Assembly: GCA_030141605.1 (NCBI GenBank)
Contig: JAQGDQ010000739.1
Coordinates: forward strand, 18,165 to 82,164
DNA from: Tubiluchus corallicola
Taxonomy: Eukaryota; Animalia; Priapulida
Length of the DNA: 64,000 nt
Direction: 5' to 3'
The notes beneath the pieces were generated by a model. The model had not been told where the DNA came from and did not search any database. It saw only the letters and a program-made list of their open reading frames with translations. Position numbers and translations under genes: made by a program. Positions within the stretch are counted from its first letter, which is position 1, and each line of letters begins with the position of its first letter. This document shows positions 1 to 11,544 of this stretch, one piece after another.

Positions 1-1434
1 TCTGCTCTCGTTGGGGGTACTTTGTGCCCAGAAACTGCAAATTTTAGTCAGTTTTTAAATTCTGATGCATTCCTTCCTAGTGAGTCAGCAAACATGTATC
101 ATGAAGATCCGTTAGCTATGGCTGTGCAAAATGCCGGCTTAAAAAGTGAGAACGTGGATTTCGGCAATGAATTGGACAAATTGGATCCTAGTTTTCTTAA
201 TTTTCTACTCGGTCCAGAAGAGTACAAAATGCCGGATATTTCTGAACCTACAAATCAAAAGGTTGAAAGTGATGAAGACCTTGAGGACGTAACAACTGAT
301 ACAGGACAACCTGTACGAGAAACGCGCAAAATGCTTGAAGAAACGCTTAAATTTGAAAAGCAGGGTAGAGTACCCTATATACCTGTTCCAACAGACATGG
401 TAAAGCAAAGCGCAGAAATATTACCCCGTATGTCTGAATATGCAGAATCAACTGCTGAAGCAAATGAGTTATCTGTTCAAGAAGTACAGAAGCGCCAAAG
501 CAATATAAGCGCCCTAGATATCGCCCCAAAGCAATCGACTGTGACTTTTCGGAACTGGGAGAAAAGAATAAACCAAAATGGAAACAATCTACTACACTGT
601 AGTGTGATACTAGGACGAGCAGATATGGCCAAACGACTTATTGGTTGCACATCAGATGTGAATGTTGTAAATGTGCTCAATAGGAATAGGCAAACACCTT
701 TACACCTGGCATTGTTAAACAACCAGTTAGATATAGTTGAGATCTTGCTTAGAGCTCATGCAAGCTTAAGCATCGTTGACAAACTTGGTAACACTTGCTT
801 TCACTTGGCAGCAAAGCAAGCGAATCACGAAGCTATGGGACTCTTACAGCAATTCTACTGCAAGAACCTTGGCATGTTTGATTCTGAGGATGGTATAAAT
901 ACTCTAGACATCAAAAATGATGATGGTTATACTGCAGTACATCTAGCTGTGCTCTCAGGCAGCCTTGATTGCATCAGGCACATGCAGGCTGCCGGTACAG
1001 ACCTTGTGATTGGCGATGGAACCGCAGGATGCACAGCGCTTCATCATGCCATAGAGATGGGTAATGCTGATATTGTTAAATATTTATTGGAAGAAAAGGT
1101 CAATCCAAATGTGACTTCATGGAAAGGTGACACGCCACTTCATTTGACTGCTGCTAAAAACTCCTACCAGATAGCAGCATTGTTGATGTCATATGGAGCC
1201 GACCCCAACATACGTAATTCAAGCAGCAGAAGAACTGATGATGAACAGATTGAGTTGGACAGTGAAAATGAGCCTAATGATGTGATCGAAGTAGAGAGCA
1301 ATGACGAACTACAGGGTGGTGGAGATGTTGAGCATGCAATCCTTAGTATTGACAGCAGATATGAATTGGGAGAAGCACCACGAGACCTGACCGAAGATGA
1401 ACGCATGCTCCAAATCCTAAGTGGTGATTATTAG
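1..1434 (+). CDS. C-terminal part of an NF-kB p105/p100/Relish-like (IkB-type ankyrin repeat) protein; 5'-truncated by the window edge
   Basis: The frame is open from base 1 (SALVGGTLC...), so the TTG at 22 is not a demonstrated start. Six ankyrin repeats are visible (GNNLLH, QTPLHLA, GNTCFHLAA, GYTAVHLAV, GCTALHHAI, GDTPLHLTA). The ending AALLMSYGADPNIRN-acidic insert-GEAPRDLTEDERMLQILSGDY parallels p105 as I recall it (AALLKAAGADPLVEN...[22 protein letters not shown]). Stop TAG at 1432-1434. Confidence 0.85.
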   Translation, partial: SALVGGTLCPETANFSQFLNSDAFLPSESANMYHEDPLAMAVQNAGLKSENVDFGNELDKLDPSFLNFLLGPEEYKMPDISEPTNQKVESDEDLEDVTTDTGQPVRETRKMLEETLKFEKQGRVPYIPVPTDMVKQSAEILPRMSEYAESTAEANELSVQEVQKRQSNISALDIAPKQSTVTFRNWEKRINQNGNNLLHCSVILGRADMAKRLIGCTSDVNVVNVLNRNRQTPLHLALLNNQLDIVEILLRAHASLSIVDKLGNTCFHLAAKQANHEAMGLLQQFYCKNLGMFDSEDGINTLDIKNDDGYTAVHLAVLSGSLDCIRHMQAAGTDLVIGDGTAGCTALHHAIEMGNADIVKYLLEEKVNPNVTSWKGDTPLHLTAAKNSYQIAALLMSYGADPNIRNSSSRRTDDEQIELDSENEPNDVIEVESNDELQGGGDVEHAILSIDSRYELGEAPRDLTEDERMLQILSGDY

Positions 1435-2459
1435 ACTGCCGGCAATGATGTAATCTGAGATCACAACTATCAGCTCATGTGGACTTTTACATGACATGCC
1501 AAATTATTTGTAGGAATTTAAACGTTTATGCTTCCCGCATGTTTTGATGCAATTATATTTATAGTTTGTGCATTGCTGACTGGGCCTTTGTTGAACAAGA
1601 TGTTACGATATCTATTTTTTATATACAGCCAATTCTCATTATAACATTCTCTAATGTTATTTGCACTTAGGCATGCAATGCCCATATTTTTGGCAAAACA
1701 AAATGTCTATATATGTGCTTAGACATGAAGGTATTGATGCAGCTTTTTGTAATGCTAAACTTGTTTAAAACCACCATTTGTGAAAGTTTGTACATACCAG
1801 TTCTAATTCGTTTGTAATAATTGTACTATGGTACAAATGCTATTCAAAAGTTGCTTTTTTCAATTCATTATGCAATGTCTATAATAAAAAGTAGGTTGCA
1901 CATGTAATTTTTATTTCATAGAGTTATATGTAGTTGTGCAGTCAAGAAATTTAATGTATATGAGTTTAATGAGTTAGGCAAAAAGGATTTTAGATGCTGA
2001 GCTAGTCAAATTAGTTGAGTGAATGTATGTAGCTACAGAGGCATTTTATGAATTAATTCATTTGTGATGTACATTAATACGTCTTTTTACCTACATGCTC
2101 CAAATGAGATTTAAATGTGATACTGTAGTTAGTATTTTGGCTGTAAAAACTAATGCTTAAATATTTATGCAGTTACTTAATAATTATAGATTACTAGCTA
2201 CAGTTACTTGATATGAGTACTGGTTTGCTATTTGATATTAGCACTGTCTGTGTTATTGGTCCTTGGCAAGCTTTGCTTATGGCATTACACGTTTTGGGTT
2301 AAAACTTGCAGTCTTTGTTTTTTTGTGTGTGATTTTTCGCACTCTACTTATTTATAGTTAATAGTCTATAGTTAGGCTGATTGAACAAATGTTGCAGTTA
2401 AAGGAGAATTACAGTTGTTGTAAAAGTTAGTATTTTGCTATTTCGATGCCAAAGATGTT

Positions 2460-2465
2460 AATAAA
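2460..2465 (+). terminator. Candidate polyadenylation signal of the ankyrin gene (3' UTR about 1435-2490)
   Basis: AATAAA at 2460-2465 is followed by T/GT-rich sequence. An alternative AATAAA lies near 1883. Confidence 0.4.
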
Positions 2466-2757
2466 AAATGATTCCAAATTATTATATATTGTCATTTGCG
2501 TTAGTTTCATTATCACTCGGTTGATACCCCATTTTGCGTTTCCAGAGAACAACTATTGTGTATTCATGAAATTATGATAAAGAGGTGGCTCCTCACTGTA
2601 TCTGTGAATATTGGTTATTATCTATGATTCTCTATTGCATGTAGCTGATGTTGATCGGTAATTAATTTTTTGAAGATCGCTTAATACGAACAGGTACATT
2701 TATGACAGGGTTTTTGTGGTAATAAGGTGTCAGTGATTATAAAATCGTACATATTAT

Positions 2758-3364
2758 TAGGGGTGGGCATCGAACATTCAGAGTTTTTTTAGTTTGAATT
2801 AGATTTGAACCTAAAATTATAGATTCAAATAATTAAGCAGTTCAACCACACGTAAAGATGGAAAATAGACGGGGTGACGAAAGATCAAGGTTCACCAAGT
2901 CAACTACTCCTATCCAAATTGAAAAATTGAGTAACCTATCAAATAAAGTATGTACAAATGAAAATAATCAGCAAGTTAGTAAAAAAATGAGACAACAAGT
3001 TCAAATGAGTTTAAATTTAGAAACAATAAATAAATTTGGCAACGAGTAGAGGCAAAATTTGAATTGGCAAACAAGACTAAAAATTACATAGTCTAAATTA
3101 AGAAACTCAGTCCAACAGAAGAAGAAAAAAAATGAAGCAGTGTCAAGTTATGAGATTTGAAAGCATCATGCATTTAGCACAGTTTAGCTGCGATTTCTGT
3201 GCACAATTTTCAAACAAATTGATCTTTGTAAGCTGTTTTTACCGGTGGTGCGAAAATCTTGCAAACACAATTCAAATTTGAAATATCGAAATTCGCATCG
3301 ATTCAAATTCGAAAGTCACAAATTCTATTCCAACTCACTTTCTGGTAGAGGATACTCACCCCTA
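2758..3364. mobile_element. Degenerate hAT-type MITE, same family as 55313-55752, in opposite orientation
   Basis: Ends are TAGGGGTGGGCAT ... ATACTCACCCCTA. Internal blocks align to the reverse complement of 55313-55752. The TSD has decayed. Confidence 0.8.
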
Positions 3365-4200
3365 CTTATTGAAGCTTGTAGCGAATATAAGTCAAACTCA
3401 AAAGCGAATCAGGTGTAAATGTTTAACAGATGAAACTCGTATTGACCAAATCAGTCATCATACTCTGAGCGTCGTTACTAGACAAAACTACTTTCTAACA
3501 ATTTTGTATTAGTGGTCGTTGGATGTAATAGCTCCTTAGCAGTAGTGTCAATTTAAAATCTTTTGCACTCTTCTCAAAAAAGTCCTTTAAATTTTCTTTG
3601 TCACTATTTTTTGGAAAACCCTGCAGTACGTTTCTTTGTCGATCCCCAATCCTCGATTTTCTTTTCTCATCCACAAAATGTAATGTAATGTTTTGCTTGT
3701 TTATGAAAGTAGCAAGGGATAATGCAGAACAGTTTGTTGCATCAACGTATTGCTGAATCAATAGAGAATCTATCATTATGCTTTTAAAATCTATTGCAAA
3801 AGCCTTGCACGCTTTATAGTCTGTGAGAGTTGGATCAATGTCAGTGATATTGTTGTCAAACTCAAGATCCTGCAAAACATCTTGCAGATGTCTCACATAC
3901 TTGCTTTACTGATCATTCAATCTTTGTATGTTTTTAGATCATCTTAGGCTCCGCTCTGCTTTAATCTGTATTTGGGGGTTGAGGTACAGAAAATTTTAAG
4001 GCCATTCACGGTTCAACTGGAACAATTAATCACTGAGTTTTTGAGTTGTTGCCTTACTCTTCAAAGCTGCAGGCTGTGCGAGATGCGGCATGCTTCCCCA
4101 CTGAACATTAACGGCACGACAGAATTTCTGTTATCATTTTTTTGTAATGTATTGTTCTGCACTACTTTTAGTTGACTCTGTACACCCTTTGCACTTAAAA
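3365..4200 (-). pseudogene. Possible decayed coding fragment of unknown identity (133-aa open segment at 3495-3896 plus stop-interrupted flanks)
   Basis: The ORF is long for this AT-rich background and has protein-like composition. Flanking frames read through with scattered stops. No family was confidently recognised. Confidence 0.3.
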
Positions 4201-5762
4201 AGCAGAAGACTGTACAACACACCCTACACTTTCTTTATTGCAATCTTGTCTTGAACATTCATCACGTTAAAAAAATATTAGTGGATATGAAACATGCTTT
4301 ACATTACTTTTGTCGATTTTTTACAAAAATACTTTGTTTGCTGCTCCATTATCAGTTACTTCAAGCTCATTTCATAATTATAATTATAATTATAATTATA
4401 ATAGTTTTATATCATTACTGTATGAATGTGTATGTGAAACCAATTATCTTTTTTATTAGTAGCAAAATTTTACTTGGCTGGACCTCCTGCATTTACACTT
4501 TTGCATTTCTAAATGGTACCCCTTTGCTTTGAGGCAAATAATGCCTTGTTTCAACCAATCTGTATAAAAACCATGTTTTTTCTATTCCACTCTCTTCTCC
4601 AGTAAGTTGAAGTGCAGCACGTAGTCGCGGCGTAAAAAAGCTGAATTGAACTTGTCCATGATGTACTATGGCAAAGTAGACCCATACTATTTTCAGCGGA
4701 ATTGGAACTTGGCTGGAAGTTGGAACTTCTGTAAGAAATTTTGTTTCGGAAAAATCTTGGAAAATTACTTTTGTTAATGATGTAAAATGTGAAATTTGAT
4801 TTCCGATAAGTAATAATAAACGTTACGTCGATACATAAAATCCTACGTTTACGCGTAAGCGGTGCATTTATTGCGTTGAGCTTGCATTGTACTTTATGGT
4901 GGTATAAAATAAAGCACGGTAGGTACGTAACTAGAGAATATTAACAAATTTGCGCTGTAGGATCACTGCTTTCATGCAAAAACAGATGTCTGAAATGTCT
5001 AATTGTGTCTATTAAAATCAAATTCTCATAATTTTTCTAAATATATAATGACATTATAGAAACCCGTATTGTGATATAATATGGCAACACAATGAAGATA
5101 TAATACGTCTGTCTATTAATAACTAAACCACACACATATATTATATATATGCCTAAGATGGTTGTGCAGATCATTACTAGCACTTAGTGAATGTTGACAT
5201 GTAGTGTTGGTGAAAGTTTTTGTGTTTTTATTAGTTCTTTGTAGTTGTAGCTTAAAATATGAGTTTATAAAAGCAAATAATTTATTATTAGATTTAAATA
5301 AGTAAATAACTTGTAGAAACTCACATTTTTGCAATGCTGCGTAATTGTATTTGTTGGCTTTTGTATTTTTTGTATTTTGTTTTTCTTTGTATTTTTTGCC
5401 ATGGTACATTATTATATTTGTACAATAAAACTGAATTGAATTGTTCACTGATGTGAGGCATAATAGAAGGATGATTTGTCTTTGTACCGTGTTTTAATAA
5501 GCATCCCATTTATTAACTAATTCCATTTTTTTGTACCAAAACTTCACAATGAAAGTTTAAATTTCTCTGTATCATGGACTGTTTAACAAACTTCTCTATA
5601 ATCTAGTAGACACACTGAATAAGCTTAGCTAAGTAAATTTTGTGTAATGTTTTTAACATTTTGCTTGTCTAAAAGAAATGTAAATTAGTTTTTACTTGTA
5701 ATTTACACTAAAATAAATGCTAATAAATTATGGTGCAGTATAAGTTTCTTAACAAAAGATAC

Positions 5763-6729
5763 TAGTCCTGTCACAATACATCGATGCATATTAATAGCTT
5801 TCATTATGATACGCGTACTGCCAAAATGCACTTGTATCGTGGTAGTCTGAGTTCACGATACAGTCGACCCTCGTTAAACCGGACCCCGTTAGCCCGGATA
5901 TCGGATAAGACGGACGTCATCCGTGGTAAAGGAGACTGAGTGATTTCCGTCCGCGCCGGAGCACTAAACACAACACGGCCTATCAACTGTACATTAATGT
6001 CTTTATCCTCACAGGTTAACTATTTTAAAGTAATATACAGTATAGTATATAGTGCACAGTATATAGTGCAATGTATATAGGCCTTATTAAGGTGATTATT
6101 CCTGTATAATATAGACCATATATAGGCATATCGGATAAATCGGACAATCGGCTAAACCGGACACCCCCCAATTACTCCGGTTTAACAAAGATTGACTGTA
6201 TTCGGCAAATTAGCATGTGCTTGACTGTATGCTGATAAAAATTATGTGACGTAATTCAAGATTCAGCTATAGAGTGTATTGGTATGTAGCAATCAGTGCA
6301 GTGAGCAATAAAGTTGACTTGACGCAGGTGCTGCTAGCAGCCAAGGCAGTTGAAATTGCAATGTGTTTATTCTGTAGTAGGCAAACTACATCGTTTGCAT
6401 ATAATAAACTTGTGAAATGGTAAACATGAAGCAGAAAATGCATGAGCAACTTTTAAACCTAAAGTACAGTGCAAACAATAGCTTACACATTACACAGTAA
6501 TTAATAAAATGAAACAGTTAATCAAGTTATTTTAGCATTTAGCACTGTTGGTTGATAAATATGTTTCGCATTTATTATCAACGGCTTCATCTAGTGTTTT
6601 TACAAAGCCTGCAAATGTTAACTGAGGTGTATCGTGATACATATTGCATCATGTGGATAGTATCGTATTGTATTGTATATCGTACTGTCTTGTATTGTAT
6701 TGTGACTTAAGTGTAATGTTATAGTCCTA
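5763..6729. mobile_element. hAT-type MITE hosting a nested insertion
   Basis: Degenerate TIRs are TAGTCCTGTCACAAT and (reverse complement) TAGGACTATAACATT. The 8-bp TSD is AAAGATAC (5755-5762) vs AAAGATAT (6730-6737). There are subterminal CGATAC/GTATCG repeats. Confidence 0.7.
5861..6198. mobile_element. Tc1/mariner (pogo/Tigger-like) MITE nested in the hAT MITE
   Basis: TIR CAGTCGACCCTCGTTAAACCGGA matches the reverse complement of the right end, CAGTCAATCTTTGTTAAACCGGA. TA flanks both sides. Confidence 0.85.
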
Positions 6730-7153
6730 AAAGATATGATGTCTCAGTCTACTGCATCATTCTCTGGTGAAAGAAAGAGAGCCAGAGGGTAATTTGTGCT
6801 TAATAAGTGGTCGTAGTATTCTTTGTAAGATCTCAAAGAGATGTTTTTACTTTTTAGTGATCTTATATTATTTTTTACATTTTCATTGCAGAATTTTTGT
6901 TAATTCTTCTCATCCTGTTTTGTAAATGATAACTGCAGCTGAATGAGTTGATACCGAATAATGGTTCTGATTCTTGTCATTATTAAACTGTCTCAATTCT
7001 CCGCTGTATAAAGTAAATTCACCTATGATGTTGATTACGGAAATGTTATTTTTGCAAAAATTCAGTATCCAAAATGAAAATGCGTTCTAAAGCAGTGCAA
7101 ATCTGTCTAAATTTTCCTAAATTATATGTTGCTTGATTTATAATATAAAATAT

Positions 7154-7845
7154 TAGGGATGGGACCGGTTCTGGTCCGGATCTTCAGATCCGCCACATTT
7201 GGTTGGTCCGGATTTGGTAGTTTTGAGTCCACTAAACCTACTGTGCTTCATTTAAGTCATACATAGTTGTAACTAGCTCAGTGTTGTGATCAACTTGTAC
7301 ATTTAAGCGATGAAATATTTGCTTACGTCTTGCTAGGTTACCCATAGCCTCCTGGAGCAAACTTAGATTAGAAAAAAAATGTAACAGCCACGCGTGCGAG
7401 CATCACCATATTTGCAAACACTGTAAATCCTTGAAAATAAGTGTACGAGAGGCACGATTACTAGTCTGTGTAATCGGTTGCCGTTTACTACAAAAAAATT
7501 TTTTAGATGCTGTCCAAAAACTGTACATGCTTTCTCTGCAGCTTGCATTTTGCAATTTCTGAAGGAATTTTTGTGGAATATGCAAAATAAAGGTGACGAA
7601 TACTTCAAACTTCTCAACGTCCCAGTACTAATTATTTTAATTTACAATAATGATGTAACTGAAGAAAGGCAGTTAGACAACTTCAGGGATATAATAAATA
7701 CTTAAAACGTTTTTACTATTCAAGAACAGGTATTTTCAAAAACACTGTAGACATATTTAAATGAAATGCCAGTTTAGATCCGGTCTGGGTCTGACCCGGC
7801 TATATGTGCCATAATCTGGATCTGGTAAACATGGACCTATCCCTA
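7154..7845. mobile_element. hAT-type non-autonomous element
   Basis: TIRs TAGGGATGGG and (reverse complement) TAGGGATAGG. Perfect 8-bp TSD TAAAATAT at 7146-7153 and 7846-7853. Subterminal CCGGAT/ATCCGG motifs. Confidence 0.88.
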
Positions 7846-8199
7846 TAAAATATTCAGTCTAGAAACTTCTTTTTATACTGTAAAAGCACCATGTCTAATA
7901 AGCCTTTTCACAATTCCAGCGATTGATGATAATCATGAATAGGTCAAAGGTTAAGTCAAAAGTTAGAAGGAAACAGTTTAGTTCACATTATTTTTGAGGT
8001 ATAGACACTGATTCTTCTTTATATAGCAAAGCAATTCGAATAGCCAAATGATTACTGTATGTGCTTAGCAATGGCGAGTCCGTTCAGTGATTGAATGGGG
8101 GTTTCAGGTTCAGTGCTATTCCTAGGAAGTTTCGTAAGCCATATATTAGGGTTTTTACCTGATTGAGGAAGGATGTATTTATTCTTACATCCTGATTGA

Positions 8200-8270
8200 G
8201 GTTACTGTATGTGGTTAGTAATTGAAGTTAAGCAATGGTGAGCTTGATAAGTGAGTGGATAGGTGGCCAC
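8200..8270 (+). mobile_element. 5S rRNA-derived (SINE3-like) head, degenerate
   Basis: TGAAGTTAAGCAATGGTGAGCTTGATAAGTGAGTGGATAGGTGGCC resembles the 5S internal promoter (A box GAAGCTAAGC ... C box TGGATGGGAGACC). Related copies lie at about 11560 and 42520. Confidence 0.5.
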
Positions 8271-10608
8271 ATCCATACGTCGCTAAAACATCTTTGCTGG
8301 TCCAATGACTGTTGTTAAAGGATTGTGTTTCGTAATGAACTAGGTTGCAGTCCCACCACAATCACCTTTATTGAGTCAGTGCTGTCACAGTGGCTGGGGT
8401 GGTGGATCTCATCTGCCAATGTGCTAAATTGCATAAAAATAAGGTAAGTTTATAAACAGCCAGAGACCAAGACATACTAACTATGCTAGTTACAAAACAA
8501 GGGGCCCAGTGAATTCCCATTGTCTAACTGGCTAACTGATATTGTGGATCAGATTGAGACAGTGTTAACTGGGCACAGGCATCTTGGAATGTTGTTGCAG
8601 CTCTGTAACCTGTGCACAGATGTAAGCACGTGTAATTGCATAGATTTCACAGCCATCTTGTACATCCTGCTTAGACAACTTAGCAAGAAGGTTTGTTGGG
8701 TAACACAAACGAAAACAGAGGCTGCTTTGTGAAATTATGAAATTAATTAACAAAATTAAAGCTACCGCCAGTGATTTCCACAAGCTACTAGGTGACATTT
8801 CCAGAGTCAGCAAAGCAATCAACTAAGTAATGTAAATGTAAACGCTATCGTACACGACGTGCGACATTTTTGTCGAACAAATTGTGCCGTGATGTCATCG
8901 GCAGTGAAAAGTTGGAATGTCAACAGTGAACCGAACACGCGCATGTGACGTGTGAATGTGAATGACCTGTCCTCCGGTTCCGACAGGAAACTAATTAGTG
9001 TGCAAATCAAAAGCTGATCAGGCACGCATGCCTAAGTAATAAGATTGTTTAAGAGTTTTAAGAACTATCCTCCCAGGAATTCAGGATGCAGTTATCATCT
9101 AGCATTCTCTGTGCTTCACTAATTGGCATACATTATTACATGAATCCGTCTGACATGAGAATTTATCCCACGTACAAGCAGTGTACATATCGTGCAGCTG
9201 GAGGGCTTGATAGTAGCTGGATGTTAGCGCCATCTACTGCGAAATCAAATAGCTTAAATTCACTTAACTGTAAATATATGCCTATGATAATTTTTAGTAA
9301 ATTCAGCTTGCATGGGAATGTCATGTGCAAGCAATAGTACCTGGATATACGTGTGCGTAGTTATGAAGGCGGTTATGTAAATATGTAATTACAATGTGTA
9401 AACTTTGTTGTAGTTTGCAAGTTCGTAAATACTATAAAGTTTATACTGTAAATATATATAAATAAAACAGAAATATCTTCATAAAATATGCCGCCACTTT
9501 ATAAGGTGTTTTAAAATTTAAATTCCTGTTTAGCGGAGTTTAGTTTTTATTGTTGTTAAAGTTTATTGTTTGTTTTGATAAGCTGAGGTTTTGGGTTAGT
9601 TTAACCTAGGAGAAATTACTGACATTAGTTATGACATGACAGTCTTTAGTTTGCTGTTTAGTGAATGATTGTCAGGTTATGTGCAATGTTTGTGCATGAC
9701 ATTATGTGTCTAGAAACGCCGTTGTCATGGCAACGTTGGCGCAATGCTTGGTTGTGATGCATTGTTTTAATTTGTTCTATTTTTTAGAACTGACTGTGAG
9801 CATTGTTTTTTTCTTTGTCCCTAAACGCCAACAATTCGCTCAAAGTTCTCGATCAGCTATAATTGCTTCTCATATTTTTGCAATGGACGCTTTTGTATGC
9901 GAATATTTGTTGTTTATTGATTCATTTTAATCTTGTCTTGTTTTTTATGGAACTCGAAAATCATTTGCCTGTTCGCTACTAACTTACTTGCTTTTGGAAG
10001 AACACCACTACCAGTCAATTAATTGTAAGAAGTCTTTCTGGAAAAGATATCCCCTTGAAACATATCGATCTATCACTTATCAGTATCAAAGGAAGGTCAA
10101 CGTCAGTTTGTACATGGGCAACATTCATATAGTGCACCATGATAATGAGCTGTCAATCTGTCACCTTTATTTTATTAACTAAGTAACGACCTAACAATGA
10201 TCTTACGTCATTGTTACCAACTTAAAAATGTAGTATTCTTGCTCCTGTGTGACACGTTGTGTTATTGCAAAATGGCAAGTACTTATTAGCAGAAGTCACA
10301 AGACTTTTCCTCGAAGTCAAAGATCACCATCCCAGCTGAACGTTTGTCGCCCATAATTGTGCAGGGGAGGGAAAGCAATTGTGGCGCAGTGTTATATTGA
10401 ACAAGATGCTTTCCCAATTAATTAACTACGTATGAAGAAAGAAAATTGCTGCAAAGTTTCACAAGTTATCTGTGTGGTGCGCAAATCCCCAGAACTTAGT
10501 TGCGATTGACACTAGATAAAAATGAAGTATTATACAGCCAGATTGCAGCTAAGACGATAAAAATATCTATGTTAAATCGCTACATTTTTGTATTTTATTT
10601 GTTTTCAG

Positions 10609-10683
10609 GTTTTTGGAAGAAGGTTGTAAAGTAATTGTAGCCAGGATAATTAACTCAGTAATTTCTCTTTCCATAGACACGAG
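10609..10683 (+). other. Candidate non-coding 5' UTR exon of the SIPA1L-like gene
   Basis: A strong polypyrimidine acceptor TATTTTATTTGTTTTCAG| and a consensus donor GAG|GTGAGT delimit 75 nt. The first coding exon (25737) has an acceptor, so upstream exon(s) are expected. Confidence 0.45.
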
Positions 10684-10735
10684 GTGAGTAAATAAGGTTC
10701 TGCTTACACTAAAATCTTCTTGATTTACCCCCGTT

Positions 10736-10751
10736 ATAATTATTATTATTA

Positions 10752-10792
<41 letters not shown>
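10736..10792. repeat. (ATT)n microsatellite
   Basis: Read directly. It produces the poly-Ile pseudo-ORF. Confidence 0.95.
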
Positions 10793-10793
<1 letters not shown>

Positions 10794-11544
10794 TGTCGTT
10801 TTGTTTCTTTAATATCTCGCACATGCACAGGGCTAGGGCCACGAAGCTCAGAGGACACACTCTCCTTTATGCTTATATGTTACCAGTGACCCCTGTGTCA
10901 AAGGTCACGGAGTGGACTGGGCTAGTTGTTGTTTTATAAATGATTATCCCCATTTTTGCATATGAATCTCCCCAACCACTCAGGTTAAATGGCCGTAGTA
11001 GAACGTAGAAGCGAGCTTGTAGTTAAGAGGGAAACAATTATGTGATAAAGAGTTCCTCAGGGAAGAGGCCCGAGTGAAAAAACTCGAAAACTCGATTTGT
11101 AAACAGCCATTTGAAAGTATCCATGTCACGCATAGCAATGCCTCTAGTTAATTTTACAGCTAACTCGTGATCTGATAATTAGCAAGTGTTACTGTAAAAC
11201 ACGATCCCAATGCGTCACGCGTCGAGCGTTCAGAGATTAATTAGCAAATTCAATTGATAATTAGTGCGGGGTTTTGTTGGTTTTCTGATAATTTAAATTT
11301 ATGAGAAACTGTCATGTTGATCTAATTAGGCGCACGCGTTTATATAAATTCTTGTGTTGTTCAATTATTATTGCCTGCATTTAGGCAGACTGTGCAGCAC
11401 AATAGTTGAATTTGAATTTTGAAGTTGCATGTTTCTAGATTCATGTGAACATTAAAATCATGTGATTTATTTAGTTTAGATGTGTCACTGCTGATTCAAT
11501 GTAAATTCGTTTCATTGTTAACGAGAGGTTACCTGAGTGGTCAT

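Noticed and set aside
22-24. TTG start assigned by the ORF track
   Set aside because: This is a eukaryotic gene and the frame is already open from base 1. The true start or acceptor cannot be fixed from this window.
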